Virus record (IMG/VR): IMGVR_UViG_3300035670_013237
Location: 1-32,000 of that record
DNA: 32,000 nt
Direction: 5' to 3' (one strand)
Source of the DNA: a virus
Under the pieces are notes generated by a model. It was given only the letters and a program-made list of their open reading frames with translations, was not told the DNA's origin and ran no database searches. The position numbers were made by a program, and so were the translations under genes. Within the stretch, counting starts at the first letter, position 1, and each line of letters begins with the position of its first letter. This document shows positions 23,107-30,547 of this stretch, piece after piece.

Positions 23107-26091
23107 ATGGCTGATTTCACGAAGCTGCAAGACATATACCGCATGTTCTCCTCCACCGACGAGCTTGTCGCGGAGAGGCTGAATGCGGGCAGCAATCCGA
23201 CACAGGAAAACTCGCTGGTTCGCCAGTTGATGAGGATTCTCATCGAGGGCACGGGCTCCGGTGCCCTCGGTGTCGAGGAGCTTCAGAGAGATCTAAAAAA
23301 CTTACTCAAAAACGCCAAGGATGAGGACAAAAAGGCGTTTAACGAGCTCATCAGTTTTTATTGCAGCACAGGAGATGGAGGTTTAGATCTTACGCACTTT
23401 CCCTACATGTACCAGGATGAGAAGTTTAACCCCCAGACGGGCATCAAGATGCACCAAATTCTGGGTGTGCCTGAGGATGATCTCAGGGACAAAAAATTCA
23501 GCATCTGCGCCTCGCGCAGCGCATTCATTTCTCCCGCGCTTCGCAATTCCTCGAAGGCCGAGACGTTCCTCAACTACATGCCCTCGCTGTTCATGTCACA
23601 GTGCACGCCCTACCTCGAGCTCGAGTTCATGTACGACCGCAAGTACGACCCGGCGGTGGGCCACAAGCTCACCTCCGCAGGGCTCTTGAAGTTCTTGTTG
23701 GGAGGAGCAAAGATCGAAGAGAATTCAAGCTCCGCGGACTCCGCAATGTACTTTTCGCGCGCGGCGACCGCTAAGGAGGGCACCGATGATAACAGCAGTG
23801 AGAGGCTCCACACGACCGCGGGCATGGAGCTATTCACGTCACCCCAGACCCTCATCAACCTCGATCCCGCGGCCAATGCGAATAGGTACATCCCAGTCCT
23901 CGATCCCATGCGACCCTTCGCGACCCTCGAGAGCGCGACGATTAACGTGAAGGGCACGACAGGTGTCATGTCGTTCAAGACAGCGCAGGTCGTCTTCAAG
24001 GTCCACGACCGGTCGCGCCTCAGTGAGATTGGAGACCTCATCCAGCCTGCGACGTATCCGCGGACGAGCCTGTGGCTCACGTATGGCTGGAGATATCCGT
24101 CTCTTCCAGGCGCGGGGCCCGAGGACACGTCATTTGGCGAGTTCATCAACAATAACATGCTGATAAAGGAAGCATACGGCATCAATAATTCTTCATATTC
24201 TTTCGATGCATCTGGGCAGGTGACCGTGACGCTGGAGCTCTACACCAAGAGCGCGAACGAGCTCCGCGAAATCAAGCTCCAAGACAACACAGAATATGCT
24301 AGAATCGTGAAAGAGTCGCAGGACCTGATCGAGCGAATCTCGCAGTTGAGCCTGCGACTCAGGGGTTCCAACCAGGGTGGGGACGGCGAGGGCCCGAAGA
24401 AGGTGATTGCGTATGAGCTCATCGATGCGGCTGCGAACGGCATCTACGTCGATTACGAGCCTGCCGAGGCCCAAAGGGCCCTGACGAACCTAAAAGCACA
24501 ATTCGAAAAAACAAAAAATGATCCTGTTGCTGCACTGCCTCCAAACGTCAAGTCTGACATGGACCAACTCATAGCGGCGCTCGAAAAATTTTTCCAAAAG
24601 GGTACCAAGGATTTTTCCTTCAGGGAGAGGCGCGCGGAGGCCGCAGACCAGGTCATAAAGCAGAGGCTCGACCAGCTCGCGGAGGGCTATGATCCCTTCA
24701 TCTACTTCAAAGAAAAACATGACGCATTTTTGAGTCAGGCAGGCCTCCAGGGCGCGCACCCGTACGCCGACGCGATCGAAAATTATGACGACTCCATCTT
24801 TAAGCAGAAGGACAAGGCAGCGCTGTCGAAGTACAAGCGCAAGGTCGTGTCGTTCGGCAAGCTGTTCTCCGTCTTCATGGGCCGTGCGCTCCTGTCGATC
24901 GACACTGTCGAGGAGTTCCAGGTCTTCTTCTATAACATCAACGCGCTGGCGGGCCATGCGTCTCTCACCAACATCGCCGAGTTCGCGATCGACCTGCCCC
25001 TCTTCATGCAGCAGTACAAGGAGTACATCCTCCACAACGAGTCGACGATCATGACTGTCGAGCAGTTCATCAAGCTCGCGGTGGACGCACAGTTCAGCGA
25101 CCACGTCTCCATCCCGTACGGCTTCCGAAAGAAGGGGCGCAACACATTCGTGCCGGGCGAGGACGATAAACCTCCACAGTTCAATGAGAAGCTGAAGGAC
25201 GAGATTCCGGGCATCGAGCTCGCGATCAACAGGGGCCGGGGTGCCTTCCAGCTCCCCCAGGTCGAATTTTACCTGGAGACACTCATCCTGTCCGGGCAGT
25301 CCAGGACAAGCGACCTTCTGCCCTACTATTCATCCCCCCAGTTCAACAAGCCGGGGAGCAGCGGCGGCCTCAAGAAGGTTCTCAGGATACACATCTTCGA
25401 CAAGGGCCTCAATCCCTTCAAGGAAGCCGCCAACATCATCAATAGTGGCACGGTCACCACCATATCGCCCGCGCCCAATGAAGCGAACAGTCCGTACACA
25501 CGCAGGCGTGATACAGACACCCCCTCGACAGCACAGGCTGGGGGTACCATCACTGTGACGGATGCGGATCTCGATGCCCGCACGAAGATCACAGCCCAGG
25601 TCTCGAGGATGGTGCCCTCCCTCATCCCGGGCATGAATGCGTCTTCAATCTATGAAGTGAGCCTCGCCTCGAACCGTGACGCCCTCCTCGCGTCAACGCA
25701 GATGATGGGCATGAACAAGGGCCGTGACGTCCAGGGCACGCCCCGGGGGTCCACACCTGGGGGCCTCCCGCTCTACGTCATCCCCGCCAAATTGTCGATG
25801 CGGACGCTGGGGTGCCCGCTCCTCTCGTTCGCGCAGATGTTCTTCGTCGACATGAACACGGGCACGACGATCGACAACATCTACGGCGTCACGGGCATCA
25901 CGCACTCTCTCACGCCCGGGCGCTTCGAGACGAACCTCGACTTCGCGTTCTACAACGCCTATGGCAGATACCAGCCCAATGCAGATCCTGTGGAGGCAAT
26001 CAAAGAAACCACGGAAGCACTTCAAAAGAAAAATGAAACTCCGGGTCCATCCACCAACAGCTCTAAAGGTAAACCCCCGGCCCCCAAGTGA
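23107..26091 (+). CDS. large tail/baseplate structural protein, possibly the central hub (gp27/gpD-like); function not firmly assigned
   Basis: RBS GTGAGGA. This is clearly a real gene (994 aa, GC3-rich). Two beta-rich blocks (TLESATINVKGTTGVMSFKTAQVVFKVHDRSRL...LWLTYGW and LSMRTLGCPLLSFAQMFFVDMNTGTTIDNIYGVTGITHSLTPGRFETNLDFAF) resemble tube-like hub domains. The position after the LysM protein fits a hub protein. The functional call is weak. Confidence 0.45.
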   Translation: MADFTKLQDIYRMFSSTDELVAERLNAGSNPTQENSLVRQLMRILIEGTGSGALGVEELQRDLKNLLKNAKDEDKKAFNELISFYCSTGDGGLDLTHFPYMYQDEKFNPQTGIKMHQILGVPEDDLRDKKFSICASRSAFISPALRNSSKAETFLNYMPSLFMSQCTPYLELEFMYDRKYDPAVGHKLTSAGLLKFLLGGAKIEENSSSADSAMYFSRAATAKEGTDDNSSERLHTTAGMELFTSPQTLINLDPAANANRYIPVLDPMRPFATLESATINVKGTTGVMSFKTAQVVFKVHDRSRLSEIGDLIQPATYPRTSLWLTYGWRYPSLPGAGPEDTSFGEFINNNMLIKEAYGINNSSYSFDASGQVTVTLELYTKSANELREIKLQDNTEYARIVKESQDLIERISQLSLRLRGSNQGGDGEGPKKVIAYELIDAAANGIYVDYEPAEAQRALTNLKAQFEKTKNDPVAALPPNVKSDMDQLIAALEKFFQKGTKDFSFRERRAEAADQVIKQRLDQLAEGYDPFIYFKEKHDAFLSQAGLQGAHPYADAIENYDDSIFKQKDKAALSKYKRKVVSFGKLFSVFMGRALLSIDTVEEFQVFFYNINALAGHASLTNIAEFAIDLPLFMQQYKEYILHNESTIMTVEQFIKLAVDAQFSDHVSIPYGFRKKGRNTFVPGEDDKPPQFNEKLKDEIPGIELAINRGRGAFQLPQVEFYLETLILSGQSRTSDLLPYYSSPQFNKPGSSGGLKKVLRIHIFDKGLNPFKEAANIINSGTVTTISPAPNEANSPYTRRRDTDTPSTAQAGGTITVTDADLDARTKITAQVSRMVPSLIPGMNASSIYEVSLASNRDALLASTQMMGMNKGRDVQGTPRGSTPGGLPLYVIPAKLSMRTLGCPLLSFAQMFFVDMNTGTTIDNIYGVTGITHSLTPGRFETNLDFAFYNAYGRYQPNADPVEAIKETTEALQKKNETPGPSTNSSKGKPPAPK

Positions 26092-26128
26092 AAAAACCAC
26101 CTGCAGAGTGGCTTCCGCCTATCCCAGG

Positions 26129-26136
26129 TATAAATA
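26129..26136 (+). promoter_or_regulatory. perfect T4 late-promoter consensus TATAAATA in an AT-rich spacer
   Basis: An exact TATAAATA lies in the 89-nt spacer 26092-26180, which is roughly 25% GC by eye. It is followed by two TAAATTT copies spaced 10 bp apart (26139-26145 and 26149-26155). Confidence 0.45.
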
Positions 26137-26180
26137 AATAAATTTGTGTAAATTTTATTTTTGCTTTTTATATTCATCTT

Positions 26181-27389
26181 GTGACTGACCCACTCTGCAT
26201 AGATGCATGTATCCTAGGCACTGAGCGCCATCTCCTTATAGGTGACGGTTTCTCCTGGACATCCACAGTCCCACAAGGCACCTGGCACCTATCAGGCGCT
26301 CCTAAGTCCCATAGCCCCATGTGCCTCGACACTCTTGCTCGCCTCGAGGGCGTCCCACTTCCGGTCGAGCCCCCGAAGAAGTACACGACTGCGATGTCCC
26401 ACCTCATGTCAGGCTCGGTCCCACCCCCGTGGGCACTTGTGATGACACCCCGGGACCACAGGGCCCACGTAGAAAATATCGTAAATGCGGCCAATGGTGT
26501 CCTGGCCACAATTTCCAAGAATTATTACGTGAACACATGGGTGCCGCAGAGCGTGGTCCTGGGGAGTCTCCAACCTCCCCGAATATCAGAGGAGCGCTAT
26601 GGCGCCATTCTCGCTGAGGGGGGCACGAACTTCCGCCTGGTCGAGGGATTCAAGCCTGACAGGACAGGCCATGCACCTCCGATCGCCTATGATCGGTTCG
26701 GCACGCGGACTGGGCGCCTCACGGTCGCCTCAGGCCCCAACATCCTCACCTTGAAGAAAGAATATCGGGACATGATTGTCCCCTCGCACCCGGGCGGCAA
26801 GATCGTCTACTTGGACTTCGCCGCTCTGGAAGCCCGAGTTTTGTTATATGAGGCAGGAGGCCGGTGTGACAATCCTGACCTGTACTCGCACATTAATGAC
26901 GACTTGTTTGGGGGCAGCGCTCCCCGGAAGTCCGTCAAGGCCGCCGTCATCTCTGAACTGTACGGTTCGAGCAAGGCAGCCCTGGGCGCCGTTCTTGGCA
27001 TCGCGGGTAGGGAGCTCGACGACTTCGTGGGCCGGGTGAAGGGCTACTTCAAGATCGCCGAGCTCCGGAAGCGCCTGAAAGATGAGTTCGTGAAGACTGG
27101 TGCCATCACCAACCGGTACGGCCGCAGGGTGCCCATCGATGAGCCCCTCGATCATATTCTCGTCAATTCATACGCACAATCCACAGGGGTCGACGTCAGC
27201 CTCCTGGGTTTCAGCGACATTGTGTCACGCCTGGCCGATCGAGAGGGTGTCCGCCCCCTCTACGTCCTCCATGACGCGCTCATTTTAGATGTTCCACCTG
27301 AACATTTGGATGCGGTAATGGAGATTAAGCATGTCACTGTGCCAGGTTATGTTCAGAAATTCCCCATAAGCTGTGACGTTAGGGGCTAG
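26181..27389 (+). CDS. minimal family-A (Pol I-like) DNA polymerase core with palm and fingers only and no exonuclease domains
   Basis: TGRLTVASGPNILTLKK parallels PolA TGRLSS..PNLQNIP. Motif A is IVYLDFAALEARVL (about 26808-26840). Motif B, the O-helix, is RKSVKAAVISELYG versus Klenow RRSAKAINFGLIYG (26925-26966). Motif C is VLHDALILDV (HDA at 27270-27278). The start is uncertain: GTG 26181 has no SD, and the first roughly 130 aa are Pro/His/Ser-rich. Confidence 0.75.
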   Translation: MTDPLCIDACILGTERHLLIGDGFSWTSTVPQGTWHLSGAPKSHSPMCLDTLARLEGVPLPVEPPKKYTTAMSHLMSGSVPPPWALVMTPRDHRAHVENIVNAANGVLATISKNYYVNTWVPQSVVLGSLQPPRISEERYGAILAEGGTNFRLVEGFKPDRTGHAPPIAYDRFGTRTGRLTVASGPNILTLKKEYRDMIVPSHPGGKIVYLDFAALEARVLLYEAGGRCDNPDLYSHINDDLFGGSAPRKSVKAAVISELYGSSKAALGAVLGIAGRELDDFVGRVKGYFKIAELRKRLKDEFVKTGAITNRYGRRVPIDEPLDHILVNSYAQSTGVDVSLLGFSDIVSRLADREGVRPLYVLHDALILDVPPEHLDAVMEIKHVTVPGYVQKFPISCDVRG

Positions 27390-27424
27390 ACCATTTACTT
27401 ATGGCCACAGCACAGAGAAAGTAA

Positions 27425-28459
27425 ATGAACGAAATTCACCTAAGAAATTACATAAAAGAGGTACTGATGGAATCCCTCGTGGTGGTCGACGATGTCGAGT
27501 ACGACCTTACTCCTGACCAGATCAAGCTGATCAAAGATTACTTAAATGGTGAGCTCAAAGCTGTGGTCTTCAATCTCGAAGACAAGTTCGAGATGTTCCT
27601 GAATGATCTCGCGGCTGCAGGCGGAGATGCCGCGGGAGTCAAGGAGAAGGTGAGCCTATTTTCTCCCTCTGCCATGCGCTTCGTCAAGAGGTTTCTTGTG
27701 AAGTCGGACGTCATCAGTGCGCCTGATGTTTTCTTTAGTAAGCCCCCGCCGCCCCCTAATTCCGAGACGACTGTTGACGTGCCCGCGGAGCTCCTGGGAC
27801 TTGCGAGTTATAAGACTCCTAATAAAGAAGCAGGTGAGCAGCACGGCAGCGGTGAGCTCGTCATTCCGTTGCTTTTCCAAAAAGCTTCGATGCACGGGGG
27901 CACGAACCCCCCGTATGATGTCCAGATTAACGAAGTTAATTGGCATGTGAAGGGACACTCATCCAAAGAATCAGTCAGGATGGGAGAAGCCACAGGCTTC
28001 ACTTTCGATGCAACTGACATCTACCATGACCTTGTGAAGGCGGGCATAAGCCCTGCTGACCTTGGAACCCTGGGCTTCTATAAGCTGACCGAGCGCCTTC
28101 CCGAGTTCCTCGACGTCCTGCAGGAAAAATTTCCTGCCAAGTACCGCGACCTAAAATCGCCTGCAGACCTCTATGTTGTAATGAATAATCAAGCTGTCGA
28201 AAAGTCGATTGGGGCTGCAGCGGGTGTGTGCTTCTACTACACGGGCATCCTACAGTTCGTGCCTGCGTCGCAGCTGAGCTTCATGGGGACGACACAGAGC
28301 GGTAGGATTAGGCTCTCAATGGAGGGCAAGGAGAAGGTAGAGGGTCGAGTTGCACGTCTCGCTGTAGAGAAAGAGAAGGCGGCCGCGAAGGAAAAGAGAG
28401 CAGCTGAGCGTGAAAAGAAGAAGAAGGCTGTACAGCCCCCGCCTGATGAAGTAGTGTAA
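27425..28459 (+). CDS. hypothetical protein (344 aa) with a possible PD-(D/E)XK-like signature and a Lys/Glu-rich tail
   Basis: GSGELVIPLLF...PYDVQINEVNWHVKG is loosely nuclease-like (GxGE ... D ... xVK). The C-terminus reads EKEKAAAKEKRAAEREKKKKA. An alternative in-frame start exists at ATG 27467 with a strong GAGGT SD. I keep the longer form because its N-terminal motif (LRNYIKEVLMES) recurs in ORF 29336. Confidence 0.5.
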   Translation: MNEIHLRNYIKEVLMESLVVVDDVEYDLTPDQIKLIKDYLNGELKAVVFNLEDKFEMFLNDLAAAGGDAAGVKEKVSLFSPSAMRFVKRFLVKSDVISAPDVFFSKPPPPPNSETTVDVPAELLGLASYKTPNKEAGEQHGSGELVIPLLFQKASMHGGTNPPYDVQINEVNWHVKGHSSKESVRMGEATGFTFDATDIYHDLVKAGISPADLGTLGFYKLTERLPEFLDVLQEKFPAKYRDLKSPADLYVVMNNQAVEKSIGAAAGVCFYYTGILQFVPASQLSFMGTTQSGRIRLSMEGKEKVEGRVARLAVEKEKAAAKEKRAAEREKKKKAVQPPPDEVV

Positions 28460-28463
28460 TTAC

Positions 28464-29057
28464 ATGTCACTAACTCCTGAAGAAATTGAGTCAAATTTTA
28501 ACAAATTTCGATCCCTGTGTGAGAAGCTCGGAGATCGAGCGCCTGCCGCGCTTCACCTCATTGACAGTCTTGGAGAGCGTTTAGCCCTGTGCCCTGCGTC
28601 TGGAAAGAAAGATTATCACAATGCTTTTCCAGGCGGGCTCGTGGATCATTCTCTTCGCGTCTTGCAGAATGCGATGACACTGGCGAAGGCATTCGGCTGG
28701 AAGATCCCCAAGGATTCTCTCATCATTGGCTGCCTCTTCCACGACCTCGGCAAGGTGGGTGATCATAAACATGATTACTACGTCCCTGCGGAAGCCTGGC
28801 GTGCCGAAAAAATGGGTGAAATGTACACCTACAATAGAGACATGCAATACATGTCGGTCCCACACAGGAGCATTTTCTTATGCCAGCACTACGGCCTGAA
28901 GCTGACCCAAGAAGAGATGACGGCCATCCTCCTGAATGATGGGTTTGTCGTCGACGAAAATAAGCCGTATTGCCTCAAAGAGCCCATCCTCTCGCATGTC
29001 GTCATGACCGCGGACTACATCTCCACGAGGCAGGAGAAGGGAGACTTTCAGTCATGA
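28464..29057 (+). CDS. HD-domain metal-dependent phosphohydrolase
   Basis: H...FPGGLVDHSLRV...IIGCLFHDLGKV...TADYIS matches the H..HD..D signature of the HD superfamily. The gene starts 4 nt after the upstream stop. Confidence 0.8.
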   Translation: MSLTPEEIESNFNKFRSLCEKLGDRAPAALHLIDSLGERLALCPASGKKDYHNAFPGGLVDHSLRVLQNAMTLAKAFGWKIPKDSLIIGCLFHDLGKVGDHKHDYYVPAEAWRAEKMGEMYTYNRDMQYMSVPHRSIFLCQHYGLKLTQEEMTAILLNDGFVVDENKPYCLKEPILSHVVMTADYISTRQEKGDFQS

Positions 29058-29314
29058 CAAAATCAGTCGAAGTGAGGGTCGAGCTCCTCAAGGAAGTCAG
29101 TAAATCTTCTGATCCACTGACACTGCAGGCTGCCCTGCAGGAAGCTATTGATCTCATTCAGTACTTGCATGATGAGAACTTATCGGCCTGGGCGATGCTC
29201 GACGAGATGAAGGCATCAGACGTCGAGAACCACAAGAAGGTGCTGAAGAAGAGCATCGACGACAAGATCGACGAGGTTCTGCGCCTGGCGACGACAAAGA
29301 TCGCAAAAGCTTGA
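29054..29314 (+). CDS. hypothetical protein (86 aa, predicted helical)
   Basis: ATG 29054 overlaps the HD gene stop (ATGA), with AAGGGAG 12 nt upstream. I prefer this to the track's upstream non-ATG start at 28970, which lies inside the HD gene. Confidence 0.5.
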   Translation: MTKSVEVRVELLKEVSKSSDPLTLQAALQEAIDLIQYLHDENLSAWAMLDEMKASDVENHKKVLKKSIDDKIDEVLRLATTKIAKA

Positions 29315-29322
29315 GACAGGCA

Positions 29323-29330
29323 TATAATTA
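29323..29330 (+). promoter_or_regulatory. late-promoter-like / -10-like box TATAATTA, 5 nt upstream of ATG 29336
   Basis: It matches 7 of 8 positions of TATAAATA and also contains TATAAT. No SD is present, and the ATG falls at the predicted transcription start. Confidence 0.3.
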
Positions 29331-29335
29331 TCACC

Positions 29336-29569
29336 ATGAGTAAAACACTGCTCATGAGGTATGTAAGGATGGTCCTCGAGTCGGATCGGAGCGCCCACGT
29401 TCCGAACCAGCTTGTTGACGATGATGACACTGAATCGGAAGGGGATGACAAGGAAGAGGCTCACGGAGTTACTGAGTTCTCAGGCGTCGGAGCGATCGCA
29501 GGGTACACTGGACCCCTCGGCATTGACCCTGACAGCATGGGTAGGAAGAAAAATTCTTCCCGAAAATAA
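29336..29569 (+). CDS. hypothetical acidic protein (77 aa), N-terminus MSKTLLMRYVRMVLES
   Basis: ORF-track entry. It has the N-terminal motif shared with ORF 27425, the acidic run DDDDTESEGDDKEE, and the motif GAIAGYTGPLG. Confidence 0.5.
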   Translation: MSKTLLMRYVRMVLESDRSAHVPNQLVDDDDTESEGDDKEEAHGVTEFSGVGAIAGYTGPLGIDPDSMGRKKNSSRK

Positions 29570-29615
29570 AGTAACGAGCGGTTTGAACTTGTCCCAAGGC
29601 TAGGCATAAGATGGC

Positions 29616-29638
29616 AAGGTTCGCACGGTGCGGACCTT
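29616..29638 (+). other. stem-loop in the leader of the gp32-like gene (terminator or translational operator element)
   Basis: AAGGTTCGCA (29616-29625), loop CGG, TGCGGACCTT (29629-29638). This gives 10 bp including one G-U pair. It is followed by ACCGTTTAT and a purine/A-rich leader, GGAAAGAGGAATAGGAATTAGAAAC. Confidence 0.4.
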
Positions 29639-29675
29639 ACCGTTTATCGCGGAAAGAGGAATAGGAATTAGAAAC

Positions 29676-30539
29676 ATGGCAATTGATCTAGAAGCAATTC
29701 GTCGCCGTATGGCGGAACTTAATGGCACTAAGAAGACCTCATCTGTCCAGCTCTGGAAGCCTGGAATTGGTGAATACAAGATCCGATGCCTTCCTTGGAA
29801 GGACGCCGCTGAAGGACAACCGTTCCACGAGCGCTGGTTCTACTACTTGGGCAACAACGCAGGCATCCTTTCGCCGAAGCAGTTTGGAAAGCCGGATCCC
29901 ATCGATGACCTGATTCGCAAGCTGTACAGCTCAGGCAAGCCTGACGATCGTAATCTTGCGAAGAATCTGCAACCTAAGATGCGAGCCTATGTGCCTGTCA
30001 TCGTTCGTGGGCAGGAAGATAAAGGCGTCATGGTCTGGGCCTTCGGCAAGATCGTGTATCAGCGCCTCCTTGGATTCTTCATTGATGAAGATTATGGTGA
30101 TATTCTCGATCCACTCCAGGGCTTCGACCTGAAGGTGACGATCTCTCAGCAGCCCGGAAAGCAATTCCAGGACACGGTGGTCGACTGCAAGGGTCGCCCC
30201 AGCAAGCTCCATGAAGACTCTGCCACGATCAAGAAGTGGCTCGACGCTGTCCCCAACCTCGATGACATGTACCGTCTCAAGTCGAGGGATGAGATCGAGG
30301 CCGTGCTCAATAACTGGCTCAATGGCGGTGATACATCAACTGTCCAGGAAACGGGCACTGCGAAAGGTGGGTCCGGCGGGGTCGATGTCCTTGATGACTT
30401 TGTGAAGGAAGTGAAGCAGGCAAAGCCCGCTCCGAAGCCAGGTGCGACGAAGAAGTCATCCTTTGATGATGACGACGCCCCTGCGCCCAAGAAGCAGTCG
30501 CTGGATGAAGCTTTCGAAGACCTGATGAACGACGACTGA
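29676..30539 (+). CDS. single-stranded DNA-binding protein, T4 gp32-like
   Basis: I prefer ATG 29676; the track's GTG at 29628 lies inside the hairpin. MAELNGTKK...WKPGIGEYKIRCLPW parallels T4 gp32 MAKLNGNKG...WKLKLDNAGNGQAVIRFLP. The acidic C-terminal tail DDDDAPAPKKQSLDEAFEDLMNDD parallels T4 ...DLDDLLNDL. Confidence 0.85.
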   Translation: MAIDLEAIRRRMAELNGTKKTSSVQLWKPGIGEYKIRCLPWKDAAEGQPFHERWFYYLGNNAGILSPKQFGKPDPIDDLIRKLYSSGKPDDRNLAKNLQPKMRAYVPVIVRGQEDKGVMVWAFGKIVYQRLLGFFIDEDYGDILDPLQGFDLKVTISQQPGKQFQDTVVDCKGRPSKLHEDSATIKKWLDAVPNLDDMYRLKSRDEIEAVLNNWLNGGDTSTVQETGTAKGGSGGVDVLDDFVKEVKQAKPAPKPGATKKSSFDDDDAPAPKKQSLDEAFEDLMNDD

Positions 30540-30547
30540 GGTAAAAC

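Noticed and set aside
26160-26174. A MotA-box-like TGCTT (in TTTGCTTTT) next to TATATT, suggestive of a T4 middle promoter.
   Set aside because: In T4 the MotA box is centred near -30, about 12 bp upstream of the -10 element. Here the two elements are directly adjacent, so the geometry does not fit.
29611-29664. A 17-codon mini-ORF (MARFARCGPYRLSRKEE) in the gp32-like leader that overlaps the hairpin.
   Set aside because: It has no RBS, is very short and overlaps the stem-loop, and nothing suggests it is translated. A leader-peptide role cannot be excluded but is unsupported.
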